Positions 1-12,548 of a stretch of DNA of 64,000 bases are shown one piece after another. The position numbers were made by a program, and so were the translations under genes. The notes below the pieces were generated by a model. That model saw only the letters and a list, made by a program, of their open reading frames with translations. It did no database searches and was not told the DNA's origin. Origin of the DNA: Marsupella aquatica (taxonomy: Eukaryota > Plantae > Marchantiophyta); NCBI GenBank assembly GCA_973895155.1, contig OZ316893.1, positions 11,289,660 through 11,353,659 of the forward strand, given 5' to 3'. Numbering within the stretch: the first letter of the stretch is position 1; every line of letters begins with the position of its first letter.

Positions 1-1465
1 CCATAACTCAAGTTATGGGCCCAATTATAGAATTTAAAAAATGGGGGGAGGTACCATTGACCCGCCCCATAACGCAGGAGAACGTTAGGGCCTCACCTGT
101 CTCATAGCATATATTCTTTTTTTCTCAATTCTTGATCAGCCACCACCTCAGATGCAGCAGCGATCATCACGTTAGGAGAAAATCTCACTTGTCTTCAGTC
201 ACGGCTGAGTCCTGGATTCCGGATTTCCACCTAAAGTTGCAGGAAAACTACGGATTGTGTTGAGCCTGCTTGATTTCCTCACGGTAACCGAAGATAGGTT
301 CTCATAACTTTTACGGGAATTTCCATAGTACTTGAGTTCTAGAATGGCCTTATCTTGTTAAGGCCAAGCTTTCAGACTCCCTATTATGTGTCCACAAATA
401 CTCTTATATGTATAGTGCAAAGAAACCCCGCCCCATGGGAGATACACTAAGCATCCATAGAAAGGGAGATCTGATAACCCAGGGCTACGACAGCAGCAGG
501 GGATTTATGGTTCTTAGGCATCCATAGAAATACAAAGAAACAGGAAGGTTTAGAGCCACAAAAAATGAAACGTTGGCCCCAGCTTCCATTCTTGCCACCC
601 GTCCACGTAGCACTCAGCAAGGGCCCTCTAGATACAGATGGACGCGAGTGCGCGAGTCTCGCTCCAGATTTGCAATTCTCGTCGCTGCCATGATCGTGCC
701 AATTGCAGACGCAGCTTCCATATCTCTAGAAACTGTCGAGCACTGCGATATCATTGTCTGCGGGTTGTTGCTGGAGTGATGGCGAGTGCGTTGAGTGATT
801 GATTGAGGCAGGTGGGATTGGCGTCCGAGACTCGTCACTCTCTAGTCTTGTTCTTGAGTTGAAACACAATCTCGATGTTGTTGTTCAAGACTTGAAACTG
901 CTGTAGTCACTCACTCTCTAATCTTGTCCTTGAGTTGAAGCTAGCGCATTCATCACTCTCCAATCTTGCTGAATCTCGAAGGTTGCGGAAAGGGAGGTGA
1001 TCATGTCGTGAAGGATCGTATCGCAGGTCTGAATTTGGCCCGAGAGATATTGTGCGTTGAGGGAAGAACAGGGGACGAACCCGCCTTTGGTAATCCAAGG
1101 ATGGAAGAATAACAGACAATTCTGGTCTCATGTTGCTGGACATCAGATTGATTGGTGAATTGGTTCTACGACGTCCTCCCATTGTGCGTGGCCTGCCTGA
1201 GCAAGCAAAAAGATCGGTGATTTGGTGCTCCCTGGGTGTGGCTATCTGGATAATTCAGTCCTTGCTGTTGGCCCGGGATGCCAGGGTCTCGGTTCTGGTA
1301 TAGCCCTGCAAAATCGTTCATGCCTGCCTGGGAAAGCTGGAGAATTCACTTGTCTCGGGTATCTGATTGAAGAGTAGGGTTGCGGTGGTGAGTGAGTCGT
1401 TGAAGACTTCGAGCATTTTTTTACAGTATTTATTTTTGGGTGTACGCTTGTAGTTAAGAACTGGA

Positions 1466-1921
1466 ATGTCTCTAAGGGACAGATTCTTAGCCATGAGCGG
1501 GAACATGGACTCCCAGAGTGGAAAATTGCGCGGTCCTGCTGAGAAGACGAGTTCTGAGATAGGGAGCTGCCCAGTAGAGGACAGTCAGGAGAAGCTTGTT
1601 CCTGACGCCCGAGACTATTCACAAGAAGCAGAGACTTTGGGCGAGAAGGTTAGGAAGGAGGTGAGGAATCGTTTGGGTACCCTTGGCGACGAAATGTTCG
1701 ACGAAGATGATTCAGCGGAGGTTCAGGTCTTCGACGAAGAGGAGATTGTCCGGGGGACACGAGGAGTGGGAGCATTGTGGAAACTGGCGCTTTGTGTGAC
1801 CTTATCATTTGCAAGTTACATCTTTTTTAGCGGTCCCCACTTTGAGCCCAATTGGATTCCCAACATCACAGAGAGAGATCCTATCCCTAAAATCTACCGT
1901 CAGAGGAACAGGAAAAAATAG
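1466..1921 (+). other. Unassigned 151-aa ORF (acidic, one hydrophobic segment)
   Basis: ATG-initiated open frame, D/E-rich, with hydrophobic LWKLALCVTLSFASYIFF and a basic C-terminus. No family recognised; may be spurious. Confidence 0.2.
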
Positions 1922-3772
1922 TTGTTATCATGCTAGAGTTGCGTTTCATTTTGTGCTGCAAAGGATTGGTGGACTCTGTAATTTTCGTCCACAAACATTG
2001 AATTAAGACCAAAATCTTCAAAGAGTCAACAAACTGCTGTCAGCCATGCAGTACGGTGGAGGTGTTCATGATCCGAATGAGGAGAAGAGCTCAGGTTTTG
2101 GAGACGCTTCTTCGCTGTGAAGATGGTGTTTCTCGGACGACTCACCCTGACTGGGAATGAATTCCGGGTTTCGCTTTGCCCCAGTTCAGTTTGACCATGA
2201 TTGCTGCATGCATGGTCCTCCATTTTCTATATCATGTTCAAAATGTAGATCTTAGGTTCTCGATGTGCTCTGTAACCAGCGATGTGGATCATCATGAGCT
2301 CTGGCGAAGTGTGTTATTGTAGTAACTATTGGACTTGCGTTTGAATTCCTTCTGTGCAAAGTTGTGCTTTTTGGGTCGATCAGAGATTGTTTGCTTGAAA
2401 CTGCATGTCCAAGATGTGATAGGGAGCTCCGGGGCAGCAAGACAAGGGTTTGGCTAAATCTTCGTCACAAACGTAAGATTGAATCGGAAGATCTCATTGA
2501 TGATGCAGTTGGAAACTTCCCGACACCCTAAACCTAAACATGCATGTGGGAATCGGAGTATCCGGATGAGACCTTGTACTGGTGTTGCATTTCAGCACGG
2601 AGGAAAACTTGGTGAGGTGAGTCTAGAAGGAACAGTAAGAAGTTGTCGACTACCTGCTCGTGATTTGTGTAAAACATAAATGGCTACTCAGCTGAATGAC
2701 TCTCAACCTGATTCTCTTTATAGGGACAAATGACAAGAGGGTCTGGCATTGCCTAACCCTAAACCCAACCTGCATTGATCTTTAAAAGTCTTCGAAAAGG
2801 TGTCTCCAACTCGTGCTGACTTCTGAATGACGCTGCCGTGAGACCACATCTCATATGCGCTTCTTCCCAAGGTATTAGTGGTTTTTTACGACCGATTGGT
2901 ACATATTTGTGTGTAGCCGATTTTCATAGTCGGGACCCAATTTGCAATCAAAGACAGGGTACCTCCATTGAGACGTAACCAAACCCACGTTATAGAGTGC
3001 CTGATCTAGTCCACCTTCACTTCACATCCTTCATTCATTTCCGAGTAAGTGCGGAAAAGAAACGGCCAAATAGAGACGGTGGGAGGGAGTAAGTTTCAGG
3101 CTACAATAGTCAAGCTAGACTCCATTCCAGCTTGAGCACTGAGGGCTCTGGCCGATCCTTGCGAGTCTCTAGACGTAAAAATTAGAAACATCCGCCTCCG
3201 AGTTTCACGGTTGCAAAAGGCAAATGGAATATGAACAACAAATCACAAGTAACAAGCGCAATAGAAAGACTAGAAGGACAGCTATCCAAGACGCTAAAGA
3301 ATCACATACATAGGAAGGCTGAAACACTCGTCCAATTGAAATCATAGTTGCAACAAGAATCAAAGTCTGAGTGTGTAAGAATATGGCAGTTGTGAAATCC
3401 CTTTTGGATCCTCTGAGATGCAATCAGATAACAACGTTCCTTCAAAGGAATGTGCTCCCGGGACGACCAATACACACAATTTCTCGTGAAGCCCTTTATC
3501 AGGATCTCAAAGCGTTAAAAAGTGTCTTATACAAGACCGGGAGACTCAGAGGTCAATCATGGGAAAATACTGGAACAGATTACTTTTAACCTCCAGTCAC
3601 TTTGCCTGCCCTACCTCGCTCACAACCCCCTCCCGCCTTGATAACATGTGTTCGAGTATGACCGCATTAAAAGAGGGTCGACGTGCTGCAATCATAGTAA
3701 ACTAAGTACTAAATGCCGACATCAAAACGACATGATCAACAGCATCTTACAAATGTATACTTGTGTGACCCA

Positions 3773-4828
3773 CTAGGAAGTCCGCAACGGTGGTGACACT
3801 AAGATAACTCCGTCCCCCCGCACAAAAAGATAGGGCACATGTCGTCTGGATGTCTGCACAATTCCAATAACAGTTCAAGATTCAATTGAGCAGTTGATCC
3901 TTCCGAGGTACTAATCTGCTCAAAACTTGAACGACTAAGCTTACAATGGCTTAAGAACGAAGGACACAAGACTCCGCATCAAGCACTCTAGACCACGGAC
4001 GGATAGACCTAATTTTTTGTCGTAACTTTGGGGGAACCCTAATGGGTGACTTTTATTTCTATATCCAAGCGCCATCATGAGCAATGACTGCCCCACCCAT
4101 TAACACATTTCCACCAGGAAATTCTGATATAGGCTATACTTCACATTGTCACGTATTCAAAAGACCCTTTCATAAAATTTCTGATTCGTTTTCCCATGCG
4201 ACCAAACCCTCCCCTAAACCCCTCTCGAACCCAAAAGGTACCCTGGCGTTGACGCAGGCACTCCTGTCCATCATCCGCTCAAGTGTTCGAGAGAAGGACT
4301 TCGGATCAGAAAAACTTACCCGAACAATTTCCTCGTATGTCTCGTCATCAATTTCCACGGAAGTGATCACTTCTTCAACTTCCCCTAGGATCATATTCAA
4401 GTGCTGATCATATGCCTGCAGATTGAACCGTATGAACACGAACAGGAAAAGAAATAGTTAAGGGGCACTCCATCTCCCTTCCTCTGGCTCAGACATCCGA
4501 AGGAAAAAACGAGCGAACTCTCTAACAGAACAATCAAATCAAATGCCAAGCGCTTGCCTCATGCTGCCCATCCGGTCACGAAATCAGGACATCTTCAGCC
4601 CGTGAGAAAGCAATCAGGAGACACATGGAACAGTCAGAAGGGAAAACCAGGTGAGGAGAAAAAAACCAACAATTGGATTTGAGAGTGAGAGCCTAGTACT
4701 ACTGCACATACGTGAAGCTTGCCACGCAGCTCCCGGTCGGACCGGAGCTTGACGTAAATCCGCTCGTCCAAGCTGAGGCGGATGAGGTCCAACGGCTCCT
4801 TCACCGCGCTCTCCTCTTCCGTCGCCAT
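3773..4828 (-). CDS. LSM3: Sm-like protein LSm3 (97 aa, 3 exons)
   Basis: Exons 4828-4712, 4415-4320 and 3853-3773, all with GT-AG boundaries. They join to [97 protein letters not shown], containing the Sm1/Sm2 motifs typical of plant LSM3. Confidence 0.96.
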
Positions 4829-5220
4829 CTCCGTCCGTCCTTGGAAACCAATTCGAATCTCACCGCTTGTACAAGTTCAGAATTCGGAGCTCCAGTTCGA
4901 TCAAGCCAAACACGGCAAAAAGTGAATGATGAACACGCAGCAAGGTGAGACAGAGAGAGAAAGAGAGAGGGAATGCGCAGAAAAGTCGAGACTCATCAAT
5001 GTGCAGTTGAAGGTCGAGTTCCTTTGTCATCTGCAGCTTTTTAGTAACCTGTCCCCCAAAATTTTCCATTCCCAAAACAAAATTAACTATCAACCTTTCC
5101 CCATTTCGTCTACTGGTTACCACTAACTCAACCACGGTTACAAAACTTTTGCTCTCATTGGTTAGGGCTCCCCTCACCATGTGGCAAGGCGCAATTGGCT
5201 CCGGATGAACCCACAGCCCT

Positions 5221-5998
5221 TGTGCTAAACCTCTCCGACCATACTATGTAATAACTAGCCCAAGCTGTGCTTGGAAGTAGATCATAGTGTGTGTCTAGTT
5301 CCACCACCCCCAACTATATCTATGGGCATTACTCAAAAACAACATACAGAGGTGCTACATCCAATGATCACATAAATCCTACTAGTAAATCTCCAACTAC
5401 AAGCTAGAGTTGGGGCCTGCTAGAGTTGGGGACTAGTGTAGGTTTCTAGAGTGAAGCCTCTAGCTACTAACTCCATGGCTCATCATGTGGATAAGAAAAC
5501 TGATGTCTACCATGTATGTCATGTCAAATGATAATCATGAGTGCTTTTTGTTATGATTTCTATTTATATTAAAACTGATCTCTATGGCCCCACCATATTA
5601 TATGTGCATAAGTGGGATGTGGGATAAACAAAACTGAAAGTGGGATGTGCATAGAAAAGAGTACTATGATATGTTATGTATGATTATTAAAATGATGATA
5701 TGTATGATAATTTTTTATCATTTCATTAACCTTCAAAACATGTGAATAAGGAATATATTTTGGTGACATTTTTATTGTCATCCCCGCTATTCACGTTCAA
5801 AGAACGGGTAGTCGGGGCTAGTAATCAAGCGATACATGGTTCATATTTCCATGGGAACAGGTGCAAGAAAGCTTGTACTAAACTCTAAACCTGTTGATCA
5901 TACCAAGTCTCCACAGATTAAACTTTCTCTATCTCTTAGATGACCCCATAACAAAAAATCCAAGTTTTATTCACTAGCAAAGTCCTGCTACTAAATGC
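5221..5998 (+). repeat. Direct segmental repeat, copy A (interrupted by Helitron)
   Basis: 5221-5376 and 5822-5998 align with 14042-14443. Shared strings include taataactagcccaagctgtgc, cattactcaaaaacaacatac and ctatctcttagatgaccccataacaa. Confidence 0.85.
5377..5821 (+). mobile_element. Non-autonomous Helitron (445 bp)
   Basis: Starts TC(CTACTA) after an A and ends CTAG before a T, with no TSD. A subterminal hairpin cgttc-aaa-gaacg lies 11 nt before CTAG. The element is absent from the paralogous copy at about 14253. Confidence 0.85.
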
Positions 5999-6269
5999 CC
6001 CGCCCGCCCTGCAACTGCCATCTTGAATGGACGACAAAGATTGGACATGAACACATCAATCCCAGGGCAGCAGATGACTACACACAAAGTTGAATTGGCA
6101 CAAATAATGCTTTTGAATGAGCTGAACCCCAAAGCTGACCAGCTGGGATGTTGAGGCAGGATTGTATTCAGCATCTGCCCTTTGCTAAACCTTCAATGGG
6201 GGTAGTTTCAGGTACATTGGTGGGATTGCTCTTACTCTCCAAAAAAAATGGCTTTAGATATGCTTTTGA

Positions 6270-6613
6270 TGTTAGATATTGCTCTAGTCTTGTGACTCAT
6301 GAGCTAACTACAGTTAGGCTAACTCGGGTTAGGACTTAGCTAATGTTAGCGGTAGTGCTATTGTGCATATAGTCAGGGCTGATGCCAGACCTTGGTGGAA
6401 CTTAGGCTCATTGTTGCGGAGCTAGTTGAGAGATAGGGAGAGCTTGTGCTATGGATGCTTGGTATGGCCGGTCGGCCTAGAGTGCAGTAAAGCTCTTGTG
6501 TGTTCCCGTGGACGTACCCTCATGTGGAGGTGAATCACGTATCTCTCTGTGTCGACTATTGTGCGTTGGATGGTTCATGGGCTTGCCGTTGCGAATATTG
6601 TCTATGCTCAACA
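6270..6613 (+). repeat. 5' LTR (344 bp)
   Basis: tgttagatattg...atgctcaaca; by manual comparison about 13 substitutions and 1 indel relative to the 3' LTR. Confidence 0.96.
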
Positions 6614-6615
6614 AG

Positions 6616-6627
6616 TGGTATCAGAGC
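6616..6627 (+). promoter_or_regulatory. Primer binding site (tRNA-iMet)
   Basis: TGGTATCAGAGC 2 nt downstream of the 5' LTR; canonical plant initiator-Met PBS. Confidence 0.93.
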
Positions 6628-8074
6628 ATGCCTGGGAGGTGATGAGGTTTTTTCGTGACAGGTTTTTTCCAGCGTTCATTGTTGATGATACATTTGGGGT
6701 TTCGTCGTATGAAACTTGAATGTGTGTGGCTGTGCGGATAGGTTAGTGAGAGGGCTTTCTAACGGTGGTTAGAACTCGCTGATCGGTATCTGTGGTGCGG
6801 AGGAATCGAAGTTTGCGTCGTTCAGATTTTATTCGTGTTCGACGGGTTTTCGGGGGAGAGACCAGAGTTTGCATTTTTCAACGGAGTGAGCTGTGCGGTA
6901 CGGGAGGGATCACACATTATAGCTCAAGTTGAAGGTTGAAGCGAGCTGGTCATTTTGGTAGCTGGATTGCTGCCAAGTTGTTACCGAGTGCGTCGTGACG
7001 AGTGAAGGAGACGTTCAGGTTTTTTCACAAGCTATGGAGCTTGTTCTCATCTGAACCGGGTTTCCCTTTGTGACGTCCGACTTGTTGGGAGAGACGCGAA
7101 GTGTCACGGCTCTACGGTTTGATCACGGCGAGGCGGTCGTTTTGAGCCCGGGATTGGTACTTGACGCGGAGTGAAGGCGACGCGGCAGAAATAATTTACT
7201 CTGCTGGAGCTGCAGACTATGCCGGTGCAATTCGGCTACATATCCCGTTGGCGGCATTCACTTTTCTCGTTTAAATCAGCGGCAATTAAGGTGTGTGACT
7301 GATTTTTGAATGGGGGGGTCATTTTTGGCGTTTAAAGGGGGTTTGGTCCCTGTGTGTGTATATGAGGTGTATACACACACTTGGGCCCCGACTCCTCCCC
7401 CTGTGTATTTGTTTCCCCCCCCCTCCCCGCTCGCTGGTCGCCCCTGCCAGGCCCGCGCCCCCTACCTTTGCAAACCCCCGGCGCACCCTGAATACACGGC
7501 GCAACGGCGAGCTGCGCAGCGCCGGCCGGCGCGTTTGCAGCCGCTGCTGGCCGCGTTTAGCCCCCCCCGGCCCTAAGCAAGCCCGTATACAGGCCCCCGC
7601 CCTTTGTAACTCCCTCACGGCCGGCCGCTGCCTCGCGACGACGTACTCGCGACCCCCGGCCCAGCTCTACCTGTACACGGCGGCTGCCGCCTGTACGCGG
7701 CCCCGTCGTTCCTCCCTTCCCGCCCGTGTTTACCCCCACCCATATCCATGTACTCTGCCTGGCCCGCCTTGCGTATGCGCGACGCGGATGCGCGACGTGG
7801 ATGCGCGTTTTTAAGGCGTATTTTTGCCAAAGGGCCTTTACACCCCCTTTTCAAGGCCAAATTTTTTGTCTTTCTTGCTGACTCTTCTATTGGCTGTCCC
7901 GGGCCCTGTGACCCTTTGTTTTAACCGCTCCGACAGGGGGAACGGCCCCCTGTGAGACCTATTGTATTGTGCGGGAATATTCCCAAAAAATAGAGAGCTG
8001 TTTTTCGGCCGTTCGACAAAGATTCTGTCCGCCGAACGGTAACTTTTTTGGTTCTTTTTCGGTGATTGTTTCAT

Positions 8075-11000
8075 ATGAGTGACTCGGAGGATACTGGAAG
8101 AATTGGCGTTAGTAGAGCTTCAAGATCGCGACGTTCAGGCGAAGAGTCTGAGAAGGAGCTGCTACCATTTGAGGAAGAACTAGTGACACCGGTACGATCA
8201 CCGGTGCGGCGTGCAGTGGAGGAAGTTTTGTTACTACCAGAGCTATCGGTAGTGGGGAAGAAGAGGGAGATGGCTAGATTCGGAGGAGTGAAGTTTGAGG
8301 TGGAGAAGTACGATGGTCGTACTGATTACTTGCTCTGGGAGAAGCAAGTGAAGGGTGTTCTACGGGCCATGGGCTTAGCTCATCTGCTTTCTTCACGAGA
8401 GCAGTATGATGGAGACTGAGGAGGAGATCTCAGAGAAGCAGTGGAGACAGGAGCAGGTGATTGCTGTCAATGCATTGATGCTATATCTCAAGCCGCACAT
8501 CATCAAGCAGCTGGATGATTATGCGGATTGCACGTCACTGTTCAAGGCTCTAAGAGAGAAATACTATCGGGAAGATGCGTCAGACCGGCTGTACAAGAAG
8601 TCTCTCTTGATGAGCCTCAGGCTCAAGGAAGGGAGCAAGATGCAGGATCACTTGGATGAGTTTGACAGTCTAGCGGTGGATTTGTCAACTTAGGAAAAGG
8701 AGTTGAAGATGAGGATAAGGCCTTGCTTCTGCTAAGCTCCTTACCGCCGTCTTATCAAGGCTTGAAACAGGTGCTCTTGTACAGAGATCTGAAGTCCATT
8801 TCGTATAACGAGGTGGTGAGCTCTTTATTGTCTGATGATGCTCAGAAGAAACTAGGTCAATCACAGACAGCATCTTCTTCTGGCACTACGCTGAACGTGA
8901 ACAGGGGAAGAGCAACGCAGCGCACGAATGGGCAGAACAGGTTTAGATCTACATCACGGGGGAGATCTAAATCCAGAGGGAAATTGCAAGAGAGGAAGCC
9001 TCTTGCATGTTGGAATTGTGGCAAGCCTGGCCACATGAAAAGGGATTGTCGAGTAAAGGTCCCTACTGCATCTGCTAACGCGACATCGAGCTCGCATAAA
9101 GTAGATTTACTCGATGATGTTGACATATTGTGATGTCAAGGTTATGCTCTCAACGTAGTGTCAAATCCAGGTAGTGATGACTGGATTCTAGATAGTGCAT
9201 GTACTTTTCATATTTGCTCTAGAAGAGATTGTTTCAGTTCTTACACGGTTTCCAACGGGTCAGTGTTGATGGGAAATGGAATCCCATGTCAAGTTGTTGG
9301 ACTTGGATCTGTAAGATTTTAGATGTTTGATGGTGTTGTGAGAACATTGAGGAATGTAAGACATATTCCCAGCATGATGAAAAATCTCATGTCACTTGGA
9401 GTTTTAGAGGCAAATGGCCATTAGTGAAGTTCTGCTAATGGTGTCCTTCAGGTTTCAACTGGTACTAAAGTTGTATTGAAGGGAAAGAGACATTGTAATC
9501 TATACGTTTTGGAGGGCAGTGTAGTCTCTGATCAAGCCAATGTAACCTTATCTCATGAGGAGACGGCCCGGCTGTGGCACTTCCGTTTAGGCCACATGAG
9601 TGAAAAAGGTTTGGCTATTCTTCAGAAAAAAAGATTACTTTTTAATTTGCAATCTTGTAAGTTGGAATTTTGTGAACATTGTGTGCTTGGGAAGCAGCAT
9701 AGGAAACCCTTCGGAATTGGAACTCACACCAGCAAGGAGGTACTTGAGTATGTACATAGTGATGTGTGGGGTCCAGCCCCTACTCCCTCACATTCTGGAC
9801 GGTTATACTATGTCACGTTCATAGACGATTACTCAAAGTATGTGTGGATATACTTTCTACACAATAAGTCTGATGTTTTTGCCACTTTTAAGGAGTGGAA
9901 AGCCCAAGTTGAGAATCAGACTGGTAATAAGGTGAGATATCTTTGATTGGATAACGGCGGTGAATACAGTTCCGGGGAATTTGGAACGTATTGTAAGGAG
10001 CAGGGGATTATCCACCATCTCACAACAAGTTATACTCCTCAGCAGAATGGTGTTTCTGAGAGACTCAACCGAACATTATTGGACCGCTCGAGGAGTATGT
10101 TGAGTCAATCATGCTTACCACATGAGTTTTGGGCTGAAGCTGTCAACACTGCAGCTTATTTGGTAAATTTTTCTCCATCCAGTTCTATTGGATTCAAGAC
10201 GCCATTTGAAATGAGGTACGGGCGTCCAGCAGATTACTCACATCTGAAATTTTTTGGATGTGATGCTTATGTGCTTACACCTTCCCAGCTTCGATCCAAG
10301 TTGGACTCCAAGTCAAAGAAGTGCATTTTTCTTGGTTATCAGAAAGGTGTGAAGGGTTATAGGTTATGGGATCCAGTAACCTGTAAGCTAATTGTCAGTA
10401 GAGATGTGTCCTTTAATGAATCTAGATCATCAAAGGAGGGGGAGAGTTCTCAGGACTCCCATATTGACAAGGGGAAATCTCCCATTCCGGACGAGGTTGA
10501 GGGGGAGATTAGTCATGATGATGTTCATGACAGGAGAGATGGAGAAGCTTCGGGCTTGGAGTTGGTTTCTGTGATGGAACAAGAGGAGTAGATTGTTGCT
10601 GGGGTACCTCCAATTCAACCAGCAGCAGCAGCAGATCAGCCTGAGTCATCTACTAGAAGAACTTCCAGTCGTTCTACTAGAGCTCCTACCAGGTATGGTC
10701 AATGGGCAGACTCATCTAAGCTAGATGATATTGACATTGCACCTGATGAAGATGATATGGCTTTGATCTTGGAAGAAGGAGAGCCTTCTTCGTATAGTGA
10801 GGCTTGTGCTTCAGAGCAGAAGCACGAGTGGAATGCAGCAATGCAGAGGGAGTTGCAATCTTTGAGTGACAACAAGACATGGGAGCTGGTGGAGCTTCCA
10901 AGTGGTCAGCAAGTGGTGGACAACAAGTGGATTTACAAGTTGAAGGATAGTCCTTCAGAGGGTGGAGACAAGATCTACAAGGCAAGGCTTGTTGCCAAGG

Positions 11001-12352
11001 GATTCACTCAGGAGAAAGGAGTGGATTACAATGAGGTCTTTTCACCGGTTGCTAAGTATTGCACAATTCGGATCTTGTGTCAGCTTGTTGTGTTTTTTGG
11101 TCTGGTGATGGATCAGATGGATGTTGTTACTGCTTTGCTCTATGGCAACTTGGAAGAGATGATCTTCATGAGACAACCACTAGGTTTTATGAAGAAGGGC
11201 CAAGAGAACTTAGTTTGTAGATTGCTCAAGTCCTTGTATGGATTGAAGCAGTCTCCCAGACAGTGGAACAAGCGGTTTGATGATTTCATGCTTGCTCAAG
11301 GTTTTACAAGGATGGTGTATGATCCTTGTGTGTATACGAAATCAGTCAAGAATGATGTATTTGGTTTCATCATTCTGGTGATCTATGTGGATGACATGCT
11401 GATTGTGGCTAAAGATCAATCTGAGGTTGACAGTCTCAAGGCGAAATTGAGTGTTGAATTCAGGATGAAGGATCTTGGTAAGGCCAAGAGGATCTTAGGG
11501 ATGGAGATTTTTAGGAACTCTGAGACTGGACAGTTATGCTTGAGTCAAGGCCAGTATGCGAGGAAAGTACTTGCACGATTCAACATGGAGAACTGTAAGC
11601 CAGTGAGTATTCATTTAGCTTCATATTTCAAGTTATCATCGGCTTTCTCTCCTACGGATGCTGTGGAGAAAGGTCTGATGGCTAAGATTCCTTATGAGAA
11701 GGCAGTAGGCAGTCTGATGTATGTGATGACTTGTACTAGGCCTGACTTGGCCCTAGCGATGGGCAAGGTTAGCAGATTCATGTCAAATCCAGGGAAGGTA
11801 CATTGGGAAGCTGTGAAATGGATTCTTAGGTATGTGAGGGGAACACAGGACTATGGATTACTATTTGATAACAGATCAGATAGAACGTTAGTTGGCTATG
11901 TAGATTCTGACTATGGAGGCTGTCTGGATACAAGGAGGTCTACAACTGGGTTTGTATACACTCTTGGAGGAGGATGTATCAGTTGGAAATCTACCTTGCA
12001 GAAGTGTATATCTCAGTCTACTACAAAAGCAGAGTATGTTGCAGCATTAGAAGCAACAAAGGAAGCAATTTGGTTGGATAAGTTGATTACGAAGATGGGT
12101 TTAGAGCATGGAAAAATGACTCTAAACTGTGATAGTCAGAGTGCTCTTCACTTGGCTGCTAACCAGGTGATGGATAGCAGGGTGAAGCACATTGATATCA
12201 GGTACCATTTTATCAGGCAAGCAGTGTCTGATAAAACTTTTGAGCTAGTCAAGATTGATGGAAAGCTCAATCCCGCTGATGCTTTTACCAAAGTGATTCC
12301 TTTGGAAAGTTTCTCAAGACACCGTGCTACTTTGCAGGTTTTGCAGTTGTAG
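8075..12352 (+). pseudogene. Copia gag-pol polyprotein, disrupted
   Basis: Gag (KFEVEKYDG; zinc knuckle CWNCGKPGHMKRDC), protease (WILDSAC), integrase (HxRLGH..CEHC, YVHSDVWG, DNGGEY, NGVSER), RT (YVDD), RNase H (YVDSD, CDSQSA). Frameshifts near 8417 and 8691; in-frame stops at 9131, about 9320, about 9422-9427, 9944 and 10589. Confidence 0.95.
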
Positions 12353-12537
12353 TGCAAGTAGAGTTATTTAGCAATGTGTGACTATTTGTATATGGATTAC
12401 TCATTCTTGTTTGGCTACGGCTTAGTTCTAGTTAACCCTTGTGGTTTTTAGGGGGAGACCTGGTTTGGTGATTGTCTAGAACTTCCCGCTGAGGATTCCA
12501 TATGGTAGCATTTAGTCTAGTCCCCAAGACAAGAGTC

Positions 12538-12546
12538 AAGAGGGAG
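12538..12546 (+). promoter_or_regulatory. Polypurine tract
   Basis: aagagggag immediately upstream of the 3' LTR. Confidence 0.8.
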
Positions 12547-12548
12547 TT

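Noticed and set aside
7310-7860. Several overlapping Pro/Arg/Ala-rich ORFs
   Set aside because: By-product of high GC in the retrotransposon leader.
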